DNA from: Sandaracinaceae bacterium
GTDB lineage: Bacteria > Myxococcota_A > Polyangia > Polyangiales > Sandaracinaceae
Reading direction: 5' to 3'
DNA length: 36,863 nucleotides
Assembly (NCBI GenBank): GCA_044220955.1
Contig: JBGAQA010000069.1
Location: forward strand, 1-36,863
The position numbers and the translations under genes are program-made. Positions within the stretch are counted from its first letter, which is position 1. Each line of letters opens with the position of its first letter. This document shows positions 19,666-28,889 of the stretch, one piece after another. The notes beneath the pieces are model-generated. The model ran no database searches. It was not told where the DNA came from and was given only the letters and a program-made list of their open reading frames with translations.

Positions 19666-20655
19666 TCAGAGACGGGGGATCCGGAACAGCGTCGCGCCCC
19701 GGCCTTCGGCGATCGTCAACAGGTCGCGGTCGTGATCGTCGAAGCAGATCGCCTCCGCCGCCGATCCCGGCGCGGCCGACAGGAAGGTCGCGCTCGCGAG
19801 GCTCGCGGCGATCCCGGCGGGCAGCACGTCGTAGACGCGGACCTGCGCGTAGTTGCGCACGGTGATCTGCTCCCCGTCGCGCCGCATGTCGGCGGCCGTG
19901 GCGAGCGTGACGTCGACCGTCCCGAGATCCTCGAGGGTGGTGGTGAGGCCCGCGGCGAGCGGCGCCCGGGCCACGAAGAGGCGCGCCGGCGGGGCGTTCT
20001 CCTTCGAGACGAGGTACACGTCGCCGCTCGCGGGGTCCACGAACACGGCCTCACAGTCGTGTCGCTGGGCGGGATAGCGCAGCTCGATCACCTCCGCGGG
20101 GAGCGAGCGATCGCCGAGCGCAGGGTCGGGCTCGGCGAGGCGGTAGAGCCGGATGCCCGTGCGCCCCGACACGCCGGCCGTGTCGCGTGCAGCGTTGTCG
20201 CCGGTGTCCGCGACGTAGAGCACGTCGCCGCTGGCCCCGGGCGCGAGGGCGATGTCCTCCCAGTCCACGTTCGTCGCGCCGGCGACCGTGATCGTCGCCA
20301 GGAGAACGCCGTGCTCGTCGATGGCGTAGAGCTCGGGCGGGTTGCCCGAGTCGTTCTCCACCCAGTACACGCCCGGGTGGGTGCGGCTCGCCACGATGCC
20401 CGAGATCTCGGGGAGCGACGTGGGCGTCGTGCCGAGCGCGACCGGCGCGCCGAATCCCCGCGGCGTCGCGGCATCCGCTGCGCTGCTCGCATCGGCTCCG
20501 GCGTCCTCCGCGGTCGCGTCGAGCGCTGCCGCATCGACTCGCGCGGCATCGGCGGGCCCGGCGTCGGCGCTGCCCCCGGCGTCGGGCGTGGCCGCGGGCG
20601 GTGTGGCGCACGCGATCGTGAGCGCGAGGGAGAGGGCGATCAGGGGCGTCCGCAT
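19666..20655 (-). CDS. Hypothetical lipoprotein, probable beta-propeller
   Basis: MRTPLIALSLALTIAC; DAG linker; EISGIVAS...YWVENDSGN, NVDWEDIA, LYVADTGDN, DCEAV, AEAICF motifs of a widespread secreted propeller-like family. Confidence 0.75.
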   Translation of the reverse strand: MRTPLIALSLALTIACATPPAATPDAGGSADAGPADAARVDAAALDATAEDAGADASSAADAATPRGFGAPVALGTTPTSLPEISGIVASRTHPGVYWVENDSGNPPELYAIDEHGVLLATITVAGATNVDWEDIALAPGASGDVLYVADTGDNAARDTAGVSGRTGIRLYRLAEPDPALGDRSLPAEVIELRYPAQRHDCEAVFVDPASGDVYLVSKENAPPARLFVARAPLAAGLTTTLEDLGTVDVTLATAADMRRDGEQITVRNYAQVRVYDVLPAGIAASLASATFLSAAPGSAAEAICFDDHDRDLLTIAEGRGATLFRIPRL

Positions 20656-20727
20656 CGCCCGAGGATACGCGGGCGCGCTCGTGGCGCGCGAGAGCGGTTC
20701 GCCGCGTGCTTCGGCTACCATGGGCGG
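20656..20727. promoter_or_regulatory. 72-bp divergent promoter region with two -10 boxes
   Basis: TATCCT (minus, 20667-20662) 6 nt before ATG 20655; TACCAT (plus, 20716-20721) 6 nt before GTG 20728. Confidence 0.55.
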
Positions 20728-21969
20728 GTGAGACGTAGCGCGCAGCTCCTCTGCCTCGGCATCCTCCTCGGCGGCTGCGCGGCCGAGGTGAGCCTGCTCG
20801 CGGATCTGCGAACCGACCTACGCCCCGGGCGCGAGTTCTCCTCGATCGACGTGCGGGTCACCTCGCCGGCCGGGACCCAAGTCGCCTCCGACGCGAGCCC
20901 GGTCTTCACCACGACCGACCTCCTGGCGTCCGAGCGCGTGCTCGAGGCGCGCGGGCTCGCTCCCGGGACCTACACGCTCTCCGTGCGCCTGCTCGATCGC
21001 GACGGCGCCGAGGTCGCGCACCGCGACACGAGCGTGAGCGTGCGGGGCACGACGCTCATCACGGTGCTCATCACGCGCGACTGCCGCGGCGTCTTCTGCC
21101 CGAGCGCCGCGGACGCACCCGAGCTGACCGAGTGCCTGGCGGGGCGCTGCGTGCGGCCGGAGTGCGTGGTCGAGGATCCCTCGTCCTGTCCTCTGCCCAC
21201 GTGCACGTCGTCCTCCGCGTGCGGCGCGCGTTTCCCCGCGGCGTGCGCAGATCCGGCGTGCATCAGCGGTGCTTGCTTCGCCACGTCGCACGACGATCGC
21301 TGCGCGACCGGGCAGTGGTGCGACCCCGCGAGCGGGTGTCGCGCCATCGATCCGAGGGATCTCGACGGAGGGCTCGGCGATGGCGGGCGGATCGACGCCG
21401 CGGCCGTCGACGCCGCGGCCGCCGACGGCTGGGCCGCCGACGCCCCGGCGATCGACGCGTATCGCGAGGACACGGGCGGGTCGTGCGGACCCGCGACGCC
21501 TTGCGACACCGGCCGCGTCTGCGAGACCGGTCACCTCGACTGCAGCGGCGCGTGCGTGGCCGACGGGTTCGTCGCGGGCGGCACCGAGTGCCGTCCCTCG
21601 TCGGGGCCCTGCGACCGCGCGGAGTCGTGCACGGGCTCGACCCCGAGCTGCCCGCCCGATCGCAGCGAGCCCGATGGAACGAGCTGCGGCGGGACCTGGC
21701 GCGAGCTCTCGTGTGGCCCCTTCGACGTCGACGTCTGCCAGGGCGGCAGCTGTGTGCGCGACCCGCACTTCGGCAGCAGCGGCCGGCCGAGCTGCGGCGC
21801 GCTCTCCGACCTCTGCGGCTTCTCGCCGGGGAACTGCTGCGGCAGCGGCGGCTACTTCTGCGTCGACGAGCCCGGCAACGACATCTACGGAAGCTCGACC
21901 GACTGCGGGCAGTGCTGCAGGCCCGGCCGCTGCTGCATGGACGGAAACCCGGCCGGTCCTTGCTCGTGA
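20728..21969 (+). CDS. Cys-rich lipoprotein, paralog of 17181-19631, with a disintegrin-like motif
   Basis: GTG start; lipobox LLGGC; DLRTDL domain; DGG/DAA linker; GTECRPSSGPCDRAESCTGSTPSCPPD. Confidence 0.8.
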   Translation: MRRSAQLLCLGILLGGCAAEVSLLADLRTDLRPGREFSSIDVRVTSPAGTQVASDASPVFTTTDLLASERVLEARGLAPGTYTLSVRLLDRDGAEVAHRDTSVSVRGTTLITVLITRDCRGVFCPSAADAPELTECLAGRCVRPECVVEDPSSCPLPTCTSSSACGARFPAACADPACISGACFATSHDDRCATGQWCDPASGCRAIDPRDLDGGLGDGGRIDAAAVDAAAADGWAADAPAIDAYREDTGGSCGPATPCDTGRVCETGHLDCSGACVADGFVAGGTECRPSSGPCDRAESCTGSTPSCPPDRSEPDGTSCGGTWRELSCGPFDVDVCQGGSCVRDPHFGSSGRPSCGALSDLCGFSPGNCCGSGGYFCVDEPGNDIYGSSTDCGQCCRPGRCCMDGNPAGPCS

Positions 21970-21984
21970 CGGGAGCGCCCGTCC

Positions 21985-22303
21985 TCACGCCGTGCGCGTC
22001 GAGATCCGCTCGTCCAGCCGGTGACCGCCCGCCTCGGTGACGAGCAGCGTGCGCAGGCCGAGCGTCCGCAGCGTCGAGAGGGCGACGCGGACGCGGTTCT
22101 GCGCCGCCGCTGGCATCACCTTCTCCTCGGGCCAGCCCGCCGCGAGCAGCTCGTCCCGGCCGAGCGCGTCGCCCGGGCGCGCGAGCCGGGCGGCCACGAG
22201 CGCCGCGAGGATGCGCGCGAGGGTGGGCCGGCTCGCCAGGGAAGCGTGGCGTCACGCGCTGCACGACGCTCGAGCTCTGAAGCCCGACGACGAGGGCGGG
22301 CGG
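21985..22303 (-). pseudogene. Truncated remnant of a transcriptional regulator (C-terminal winged-helix domain only)
   Basis: SLASRPTLARILAALVAARLARPGDALGRDELLAAGWPEEKVMPAAAQNRVRVALSTLRTLGLR resembles OmpR/SARP-like wHTH C-termini of myxobacterial regulators. In-frame TGA at 22254-22252 precedes it; there is no good start. Confidence 0.55.
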
Positions 22304-22304
22304 C

Positions 22305-23996
22305 TCAGCGGATCGTGTCGAGGCGGCGGATGCCTTTGCGGCTCACGACCACGCGTACCCGGTGCCAGTCGGCCGGCTCGCCCTCGCGCTTCAGCCGGTA
22401 GATCACCGCGATGTTGTAGACACGCGGCGCCGTGGCCGTGTCGATCACGCCGGCGTCGGGATCGGCGAACACGAAGCGGCGCTTCGGGTCGTCGGTGTGC
22501 ACGAGCCAGCGGCGCACGTCGAGACGCAGGATCTCGGTGAGCGCCTCGAAGCGAGGGTCGGCGGCGGTGATGCGATCGCGGTGCAGCACGACGGACTTCT
22601 TGTGGAAGAGCACCGTCTCCGGGCGCGCCTGTTCCTCGAACGGATGGAGCTGCGTCTCGCGCCGGATCGTCAGCACTTCCTTCGGCACGCTCGCGAACGC
22701 GACGAAGCCCGACTGCTCCTCCATCTCTCCGAGCTCGAGCTTCCGCTCGCGGTCGTGGATCTTCCAGCTGCGATCCGGGAAGTTGCGCGAGACGACCTGT
22801 GCGAAGCGCGCCTGGAGCAGCGCCTTGATGCGGTCCTTCATCGCGTAGGCGACGATCGCGACGAGCGCCCACCGCATGATCCCGGCGTCCGTGGCGTCGT
22901 TGCCGTTCCAGAGCGCCGCGAGCACGGCGAAGGCCATCGCGACCGCCGCGGCGAGCGCGTTCAGGACGTGCGTCACCCACTCGGCCGCGGGTCGGACCTC
23001 GGGCGAGAGCCAGAGCACCGACGAGGTGAAGCGCTTGAGCACGTGACGCCGGAACTCGATCTGCTCGATGCGGCGCCGCGACATCTCGAGCCGGCCGACG
23101 CCCTCGAGCCCGGCACGGTCGCGATAGCGCGCTTCCTCGATCGCGAGCTGCTCGGCCTTGGTGACGACGATCTCGGCCGCCCCCGCGCTGCGCAGCGAGA
23201 GCGAGAGGCCGCCGATGAGCGCCTCGAGCAAGCGCGAGACGTCCTCGTCGATCCACGCGATCGCGGTCGCGAGCGGGTCGGGGCAGTCCTTGCGGCTCGC
23301 GAGGATGGCCCGCATCCCTTCGGCCACGGCGCGCGCATCGTCCACGAAGCGCTCCGCGGCGATGGTCCAGCGCTGGTGATCGGTACCGCTCTCGAAGCCG
23401 GCCGCGATGCGACGGCGCGTCTCCTCGCCTGCGGCGCGCACCTGGCAGGCGAAGAGGCGCAGCTCGCGCATCGCGCGCTCCGTGTCCTGCTCGCGGGCGA
23501 GCGCGTCACGCAGGCTCGCGATCGGCGCCTCGAGCAGCGCGTGGAACGAGCACTCCGGCACGGCGAACCGCACGTACGTCTGCAGATCCTCGTAGACGTC
23601 GTCCTTGCTGTACGTGCGGCTGTCGAGGCGCAGGCTCTCGGGCGCGAAGAAGTAGGCCTCCCACTCGAAGGTCTCGTCCTTCTTGTCGGTGGGGACCTTG
23701 TAGTCGATCGCGAACTCGAGGTGGGTTCGGTCGTGGACGCGGAACGCGGGCGACTCGGGCGGGCGCGAGAGGCTCGTGAGGAACGACCCGATGTCGCTCG
23801 GGCGCGGGTCGGGCTCGTCGTCGTGCTCGATCTCGGGCTCGGCAGCGGGCGTGGGCGGAGACGTGGCGGCGGGCGCCAGCGCACGCTTGGCGATGCGGAC
23901 GGCGTGAGCGGCGTCGCTCGGGCGGGGCTCGGACGGGACCATGCTCGGTGGAGCTGGCGCGGGCGCGAGGTCGTCCTTGCGTGCGGGGTCGTTCAT
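22305..23996 (-). CDS. Hypothetical protein with two TM helices
   Basis: 563-aa ORF with normal codon bias; large helical soluble N-terminus, hydrophobic pair (ALAAAVAMAFAVLAALW / WALVAIVAYAMKDRIK), soluble C-terminus. Confidence 0.75.
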   Translation of the reverse strand: MNDPARKDDLAPAPAPPSMVPSEPRPSDAAHAVRIAKRALAPAATSPPTPAAEPEIEHDDEPDPRPSDIGSFLTSLSRPPESPAFRVHDRTHLEFAIDYKVPTDKKDETFEWEAYFFAPESLRLDSRTYSKDDVYEDLQTYVRFAVPECSFHALLEAPIASLRDALAREQDTERAMRELRLFACQVRAAGEETRRRIAAGFESGTDHQRWTIAAERFVDDARAVAEGMRAILASRKDCPDPLATAIAWIDEDVSRLLEALIGGLSLSLRSAGAAEIVVTKAEQLAIEEARYRDRAGLEGVGRLEMSRRRIEQIEFRRHVLKRFTSSVLWLSPEVRPAAEWVTHVLNALAAAVAMAFAVLAALWNGNDATDAGIMRWALVAIVAYAMKDRIKALLQARFAQVVSRNFPDRSWKIHDRERKLELGEMEEQSGFVAFASVPKEVLTIRRETQLHPFEEQARPETVLFHKKSVVLHRDRITAADPRFEALTEILRLDVRRWLVHTDDPKRRFVFADPDAGVIDTATAPRVYNIAVIYRLKREGEPADWHRVRVVVSRKGIRRLDTIR

Positions 23997-24047
23997 CGCA
24001 TGCGGCCGAGCGCGGCCGCGTCACTCCGTCGTCACGAAGTCGTAACT

Positions 24048-24929
24048 CTACCGCGACACCCCGGGTTGGCCACTCTTTCCGGTCGTCCCTGCCACCACCG
24101 CGGCGAGGGTGAGCGCTGCGCCGAGCCCGACGATCCAGGTCGGGCGCTCGGCGAACACGATCCAGGCCAGCGCGGTCGAGATCACCGGCTCGACCGCGGT
24201 CGCGAGGCCCACCTCGGTCGGCGTCGCGCGCTCGAGGGCCCACGTCAGCGCGCCGTGTCCCACGATCTGGGGGACCAGCGCCGCGAGCGCGATGAAGAAG
24301 AAGGCCTCCGCGTCGGGCGGGGTGAGCGTCGTGAACGTGGAGAGCACGGCCACGACGAGAGCGAGCGACGCGGCGCCCGAGAGCGCGGCGATCCCCGAGA
24401 ACGCGACCGCCGGGATCCTCCCGAGGTCGCGTACCAAGAGCAGGTAGAGCGCCATCGCTGCGGCGCCGAGCAGCGCCAGGGCGTCTCCGGAGAGCGCGCC
24501 CCAGCCGGTCTCGCTCGCGTCGCCGAGGCCGATCACGAGCGCGCCGATCGCGGCGGCCACGCTGGCGGCGAGGGTACGCGTGGACGGCCGGTCTCGCCCC
24601 CCCGCGAAGGCGACGAGCGCGAGCAGCAGCGGCGTCGCCGTCACGAGCGTCACCGACGCCGCGACGCTCGTGCGCTCGAGCGAGGCGACCCAGGCGCCGA
24701 AGTGGACGGCGTAGAGCAGGCCGCCCAGCGCGGCCGTCCGCGTCGCGCGGGGCGTGAGGCGCCCGTCGCGCACCGCCCGGATGGAGACGGGCGACAGGAC
24801 GAGCCCGGCGATCGAGAGCCGCAGCGCCGATGCGAGCAGCGGGTCGGTCGGTGCGGCCAGGCGGAACAAGATGGCGGCGAAGCCGATCGCGATCCCCCCC
24901 ACGGCCAGCGCCAGACGCGTGAGGTTCAT
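24048..24929 (-). CDS. DMT/EamA family transporter
   Basis: About 10 TM helices in two repeats; HFGAWVASLERTSVAASVTL, GDALAL, GHGALTWAL, EPV. Confidence 0.9.
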   Translation of the reverse strand: MNLTRLALAVGGIAIGFAAILFRLAAPTDPLLASALRLSIAGLVLSPVSIRAVRDGRLTPRATRTAALGGLLYAVHFGAWVASLERTSVAASVTLVTATPLLLALVAFAGGRDRPSTRTLAASVAAAIGALVIGLGDASETGWGALSGDALALLGAAAMALYLLLVRDLGRIPAVAFSGIAALSGAASLALVVAVLSTFTTLTPPDAEAFFFIALAALVPQIVGHGALTWALERATPTEVGLATAVEPVISTALAWIVFAERPTWIVGLGAALTLAAVVAGTTGKSGQPGVSR

Positions 24930-25011
24930 GCCCGGCGCGAGAGTCTACAGGCACGCGAGGGGGCCGCGGACGGGGCGATTTCGCGATACGGTCTGCCCAC
25001 GGGGGTCGCGC

Positions 25012-26799
25012 GTGGGCGAGAACGAGCGCGAAGGCGAAGAGAAGACGGTACCGGCCGAGGGGGCGGAGGCGGAGGCGCGGCCGGTGGGCGCGAGCGAGAG
25101 CGAGGGTGAGAACAAGAACGAGGGCGAGGGCGAGGGCGAGGGCGAGAGCGAGGGCGAGGGCGAGAGCGAGGGCGAGAGCGAGAGCGAGAGCGAGAGCGAG
25201 AGCGAGAGCGAGAGTGAGAGCGAGACTCGCCGTCCGCCTCCGAAAGCGGGCTGGCGCGCCAACCTCGCGGTCCTCGCGCTCGTCCCCTTCGCCGCGCTCG
25301 CCGGCGCGCTCGCCCACCCCGATCATCGGTATCACCGCGACCTCACCGAGGACGTCGTGATCGGCGCCGGGCTCGGGATCGTCGTCGGCCTCATCGCCGC
25401 TCTCTTCGTCCGGCTCGCGCATCGCTGGGCGACCGAGTGGCTCGCCGTGCTGGCCGGCGGCGGCGTGTGGATCCTGACGAGCGTCGTGGCCGATCTCGGT
25501 TCGCGCCCTCACCTCTGGCAGTTCTCGTCGCGCGCCGAGTATCACGCCGCGTGCGTCGGGCACTCGCTCGAGATGGGCAACTTCGGCGCGTCGTCCGCGT
25601 CGCTCGTGCTCGGCGGCGTCGCGCTCGTGCTGGCGCTCCTGCTCGAGAGCCGCCACGACGCCGCGCAGCGGCCCCTCTCTCGCGCGGCCCTCGCGCTCTC
25701 GTTCCTGCCCGTCGCGCTGACCGCGCTCGCCGCCGCCTACGCAGCCGACATGTGGGGGTTCGCGCTCATCGCGATCGTCCTCGTCTTCGTCGCCGCGCTT
25801 CGCGTCGCCAGTCGCGTCGCCCTGCGCGAGCCGCGCAGCCTCGCGCTCGCGCTGGGCTCGGTTCTCGCCGGCGCCGGCGCGCTCGCGGCGGCCGCGAGCG
25901 GCGCCGTCACGCACGCGCTCGCGCTCGCGATGGACACGCTGACCCACAGCCGCAGTCCCGCGCACGTGCTCGCGGCGGTCGGGCGCATCGGCGGCACCCG
26001 CGCGGCGGCGGGCGCTCCCGTGCTCGCGCTGCTCCCGCTCGTCGGACTCGCCTTCGCCGCGGAGGGTCGCGCGCGGGTCGGACTCCCGAAGCGGGCGCTC
26101 GTCCTCTCGGTCGCCGCGCTCGGTCTGCTGCTCTGGCTCGACGCGCGCAACCTCGCCGACGTGCGCGACCACGTGCGGGCGTACGCGAGCGTCACCGGCG
26201 CCGACGATCTCGCCCTCCCAGTCGGGGACTTCCAGCTCCCGACGCTGGACGCGGAAGACACCGTCAGCCGCCGCTTCGTGGTGGTGCCGTCGACGGGGCC
26301 GCGCTGGTACCTCGGCCACGCGCTGCCGCCGGGTGTTCCGGCCCTGCGTGCGCTCTCGCGCCGAGGCCCGCCTCCGCCCGTGCTCGCCGACCGGCGAACG
26401 AGCAGCGCGGCCCTGCTCGCGCTCGTCGCCGCCGTCGGCGGCCCGTCCGCCGTGCCCTTCGTCGGCCTCTCGTCCGACGGGACGCACCTGCGCGAGGTCG
26501 CCCTCGGCCCGGCGCTCAGCGCGCCGAGCGGCGGCGGCGACCAGATCCGCCTCTATCTCCTGCTCCAAGAGGACGGCACGTGCGTCATCGCGTCCACCGC
26601 GGGAGAGCGAATCGAGATGCCCGGCTGCGATTCGCTCCGCGAGCGGCTCGAGGAGCGTCGCGCCGTCGAGCCGAACCGCCACGACATCATCCTCGCGGCC
26701 GAGCGCGACGTCACGCTCGAGCAGATCCTGGGCGCCTGCGTGATGCTCGAGGAGACGGGCTTCGACACCCGCTACATCGTCGACGGCGCGTGGCTGTGA
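25012..26799 (+). CDS. Multi-pass membrane protein with N-terminal Glu/Ser repeat and C-terminal ExbD/TolR-like domain
   Basis: GTG 25012 (start uncertain); (EG/ES)n tract; about 9-10 hydrophobic helices; C-terminal IILAAERDVTLEQILGACVMLEETGF. Confidence 0.65.
   Translation: MGENEREGEEKTVPAEGAEAEARPVGASESEGENKNEGEGEGEGESEGEGESEGESESESESESESESESETRRPPPKAGWRANLAVLALVPFAALAGALAHPDHRYHRDLTEDVVIGAGLGIVVGLIAALFVRLAHRWATEWLAVLAGGGVWILTSVVADLGSRPHLWQFSSRAEYHAACVGHSLEMGNFGASSASLVLGGVALVLALLLESRHDAAQRPLSRAALALSFLPVALTALAAAYAADMWGFALIAIVLVFVAALRVASRVALREPRSLALALGSVLAGAGALAAAASGAVTHALALAMDTLTHSRSPAHVLAAVGRIGGTRAAAGAPVLALLPLVGLAFAAEGRARVGLPKRALVLSVAALGLLLWLDARNLADVRDHVRAYASVTGADDLALPVGDFQLPTLDAEDTVSRRFVVVPSTGPRWYLGHALPPGVPALRALSRRGPPPPVLADRRTSSAALLALVAAVGGPSAVPFVGLSSDGTHLREVALGPALSAPSGGGDQIRLYLLLQEDGTCVIASTAGERIEMPGCDSLRERLEERRAVEPNRHDIILAAERDVTLEQILGACVMLEETGFDTRYIVDGAWL
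25120..25224 (+). repeat. Hexamer microsatellite (GAGGGC/GAGAGC)n
   Basis: About 17 consecutive hexamers encoding EG/ES. Confidence 0.9.
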
Positions 26800-26904
26800 C
26801 GCGACGCTCCACGGGTGTGACGGCGCCTCACTCGAGCGCATGGCCTCTCGACGAACCACGGCCGCCGAGCGGACCGACGCCAGCCCACGGTCACGACACC
26901 GAGT

Positions 26905-28878
26905 TCAGGTGAGCCGGGAGGCGAGCCGGCTCGCGCTGCGGTGCGCGAGCGCCTCGATCGTCAGCATCGGGTTCACGCCGCTCGCCGTCGGGAAGCACGA
27001 GCCGTCCATCACGTAGAGGCCGGGCACACCATGCACCGCGCCGTCCTCGTCGCACACGCTCGCGCGCCGGTCGATGCCCATGCGCGCGCTGCCCTGCGGG
27101 TGGAAGCTCGCGTACTGGGTCTCGCACGCGCCGTAGCCGATCGCGTCGAGTCGACGTGCGAACGACGCCAGGCGCTCGCCTCCCGCCGGGCGCCACACGA
27201 CCGGGACCTGCGTGACGGTGCGGATCTCGCTCGCGCCGAGCGCCGCGTAGAGCTCGGCCGCGCGCGTCATGCCCTCGCGCACGTGCCTGCGATCGATGGC
27301 CGAGAGCTCGTAGTTCCAGCGCGGCTCGCCGAGGCGTGGGACGCCGATCGTGCCCTCCGTCCGGTCTCGCAGGAGCACCGCGATCACGGCCCACTCGCGG
27401 TAGCGCTCGATCGTGCGCTTGAAGTCGACGGCTCCGCCCCAGGGCATGAGCGCGAGGAGCTCGACCGGGTGCACCGCGCCGGACTCGAAGCGCACGCCGT
27501 AGCCCTCGCCGTCGAGATCGGCGAAGTGCCGGCTGATGCGCGCCTGCATCACGCCGCCCCAGGGGTCGGCGCGCTCGCCGTCGAAGCGGCCCCACACGCC
27601 CGTCACGGGGTGCAGGTGCAGGTGGCGCCCGACGGCCGGCAGGGAGACGCCGCTGCGCGTCAGCAGGACGGGCGTGAACGTGGCGCCGCAAGCCACCACG
27701 ACCGCGCGCGCGAACACGGTGAGGGGGACGCGCTTCTTGTTCGCCGGCGTCGTGACGCTGGCGCGCACGCCGACCGCGCGGCCACCGTCCCGGACGATCT
27801 TCTCGACCTCGGCCTCCGCGACGAGGCGCGCGCCCGCGCTCGTCGCGTCCTCGAGCCAGGTCCTCGTCGTCGACTGCTTGGCGCCGAGCCGGCAGCCGAA
27901 GTTGCAGTAGCCGCAGCGCTCGTCCTCGGCGCAGCCCTTCACGTCGCGCGGCAGCGTCCCGACGTCCCAGCCGAGCTTCTTGCAGCCCGTCTCGATCATC
28001 CGATCGCGGAACCACGGGCGCGAGCTCGCGTCGTTCACGGAGATGCGCTCCTCGACGACGCGCATCGAGGCCTCCATCTCCGCGCCCGAGAACACGTTCG
28101 TGAAGCCCGCCGTGCGGTCCCACTCGGCGCGGATCGACTCCGGCAACCGCAGCGAGGTCGCGTAGTTCACGACGGTGCCGCCCCCCACGCACCGGCCCTG
28201 CAGGATCGTGACGCCCGCGTCGGCGGTCGCGCGCAGATCGTAGAGGTCGCGGTCCGCGTCGTCCTGTCGGTGCGTGAAGTCGCTCTCGCTCTTGTAGGGC
28301 CCTCGCTCGAGCACGACGACGTCGAGCCCCGCCTTCGCGAGCACCGCCGCGGCCGTGCCGCCTCCGGCGCCGGAGCCGACGACGACGACGTCGCAGGTCC
28401 ACGTCGTCGGCCGCTCCAGCGTGATGGGCTTGAGGCGCCGCGGTGTCGCGGGCGGCGGGCCGAGCGGGCCCGGGTAGCCGATCGCCTCGTGCAGCGGGCT
28501 GCGCCCAGACGGGCTCGGCCACCCGAGCAGCGTGGCCGACAGACCCTTCATCACCTTGAAGGCCTGCCGCGCGAGCGCTCGCTCGCTCGAGGCCATCTTC
28601 AGGAGCGCGCTCTCCTGCTCGACGCCGCTCATCCGGACGAACACGCGCGGGGCGCCGAAGAGCAGCACCCCGCCTGCGCGCGAGCGGAAGAGCGCCAGCA
28701 TCGCGCGCACGGCGAGCAGCGTCTCGGTGGGCATGCGTGCGGCGAGCTCGGGCAGCCGCCGGTCGATCCCGAGCCCGCCCGCCGAGAGGCGATCGATCGC
28801 GCGCTCGCCGCCGAGCGCCGGGAAGAACGCGTCCGCGACGACGGCGAAGGTGCGCAGCTCGTGGTCGGACAGCTTCAT
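26905..28878 (-). CDS. GMC oxidoreductase, long-chain fatty alcohol oxidase/dehydrogenase-like
   Basis: VVVVGSGAGGG FAD motif, GRCVGGGTVVN, CGYCNFGC..GAKQS, SFHPQGSARMG, GLYVMDGSCFPTASGVNPMLTI. Confidence 0.9.
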   Translation of the reverse strand: MKLSDHELRTFAVVADAFFPALGGERAIDRLSAGGLGIDRRLPELAARMPTETLLAVRAMLALFRSRAGGVLLFGAPRVFVRMSGVEQESALLKMASSERALARQAFKVMKGLSATLLGWPSPSGRSPLHEAIGYPGPLGPPPATPRRLKPITLERPTTWTCDVVVVGSGAGGGTAAAVLAKAGLDVVVLERGPYKSESDFTHRQDDADRDLYDLRATADAGVTILQGRCVGGGTVVNYATSLRLPESIRAEWDRTAGFTNVFSGAEMEASMRVVEERISVNDASSRPWFRDRMIETGCKKLGWDVGTLPRDVKGCAEDERCGYCNFGCRLGAKQSTTRTWLEDATSAGARLVAEAEVEKIVRDGGRAVGVRASVTTPANKKRVPLTVFARAVVVACGATFTPVLLTRSGVSLPAVGRHLHLHPVTGVWGRFDGERADPWGGVMQARISRHFADLDGEGYGVRFESGAVHPVELLALMPWGGAVDFKRTIERYREWAVIAVLLRDRTEGTIGVPRLGEPRWNYELSAIDRRHVREGMTRAAELYAALGASEIRTVTQVPVVWRPAGGERLASFARRLDAIGYGACETQYASFHPQGSARMGIDRRASVCDEDGAVHGVPGLYVMDGSCFPTASGVNPMLTIEALAHRSASRLASRLT

Positions 28879-28889
28879 GCGGGCCGCGT

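Noticed and set aside
24945..25360. (SL)n, (LA)n and (RA)n ORFs
   Set aside because: Alternative-frame readings of the hexamer microsatellite.
26800..26904. Loose inverted repeat between convergent genes
   Set aside because: Pairing too imperfect to call a terminator or MITE.
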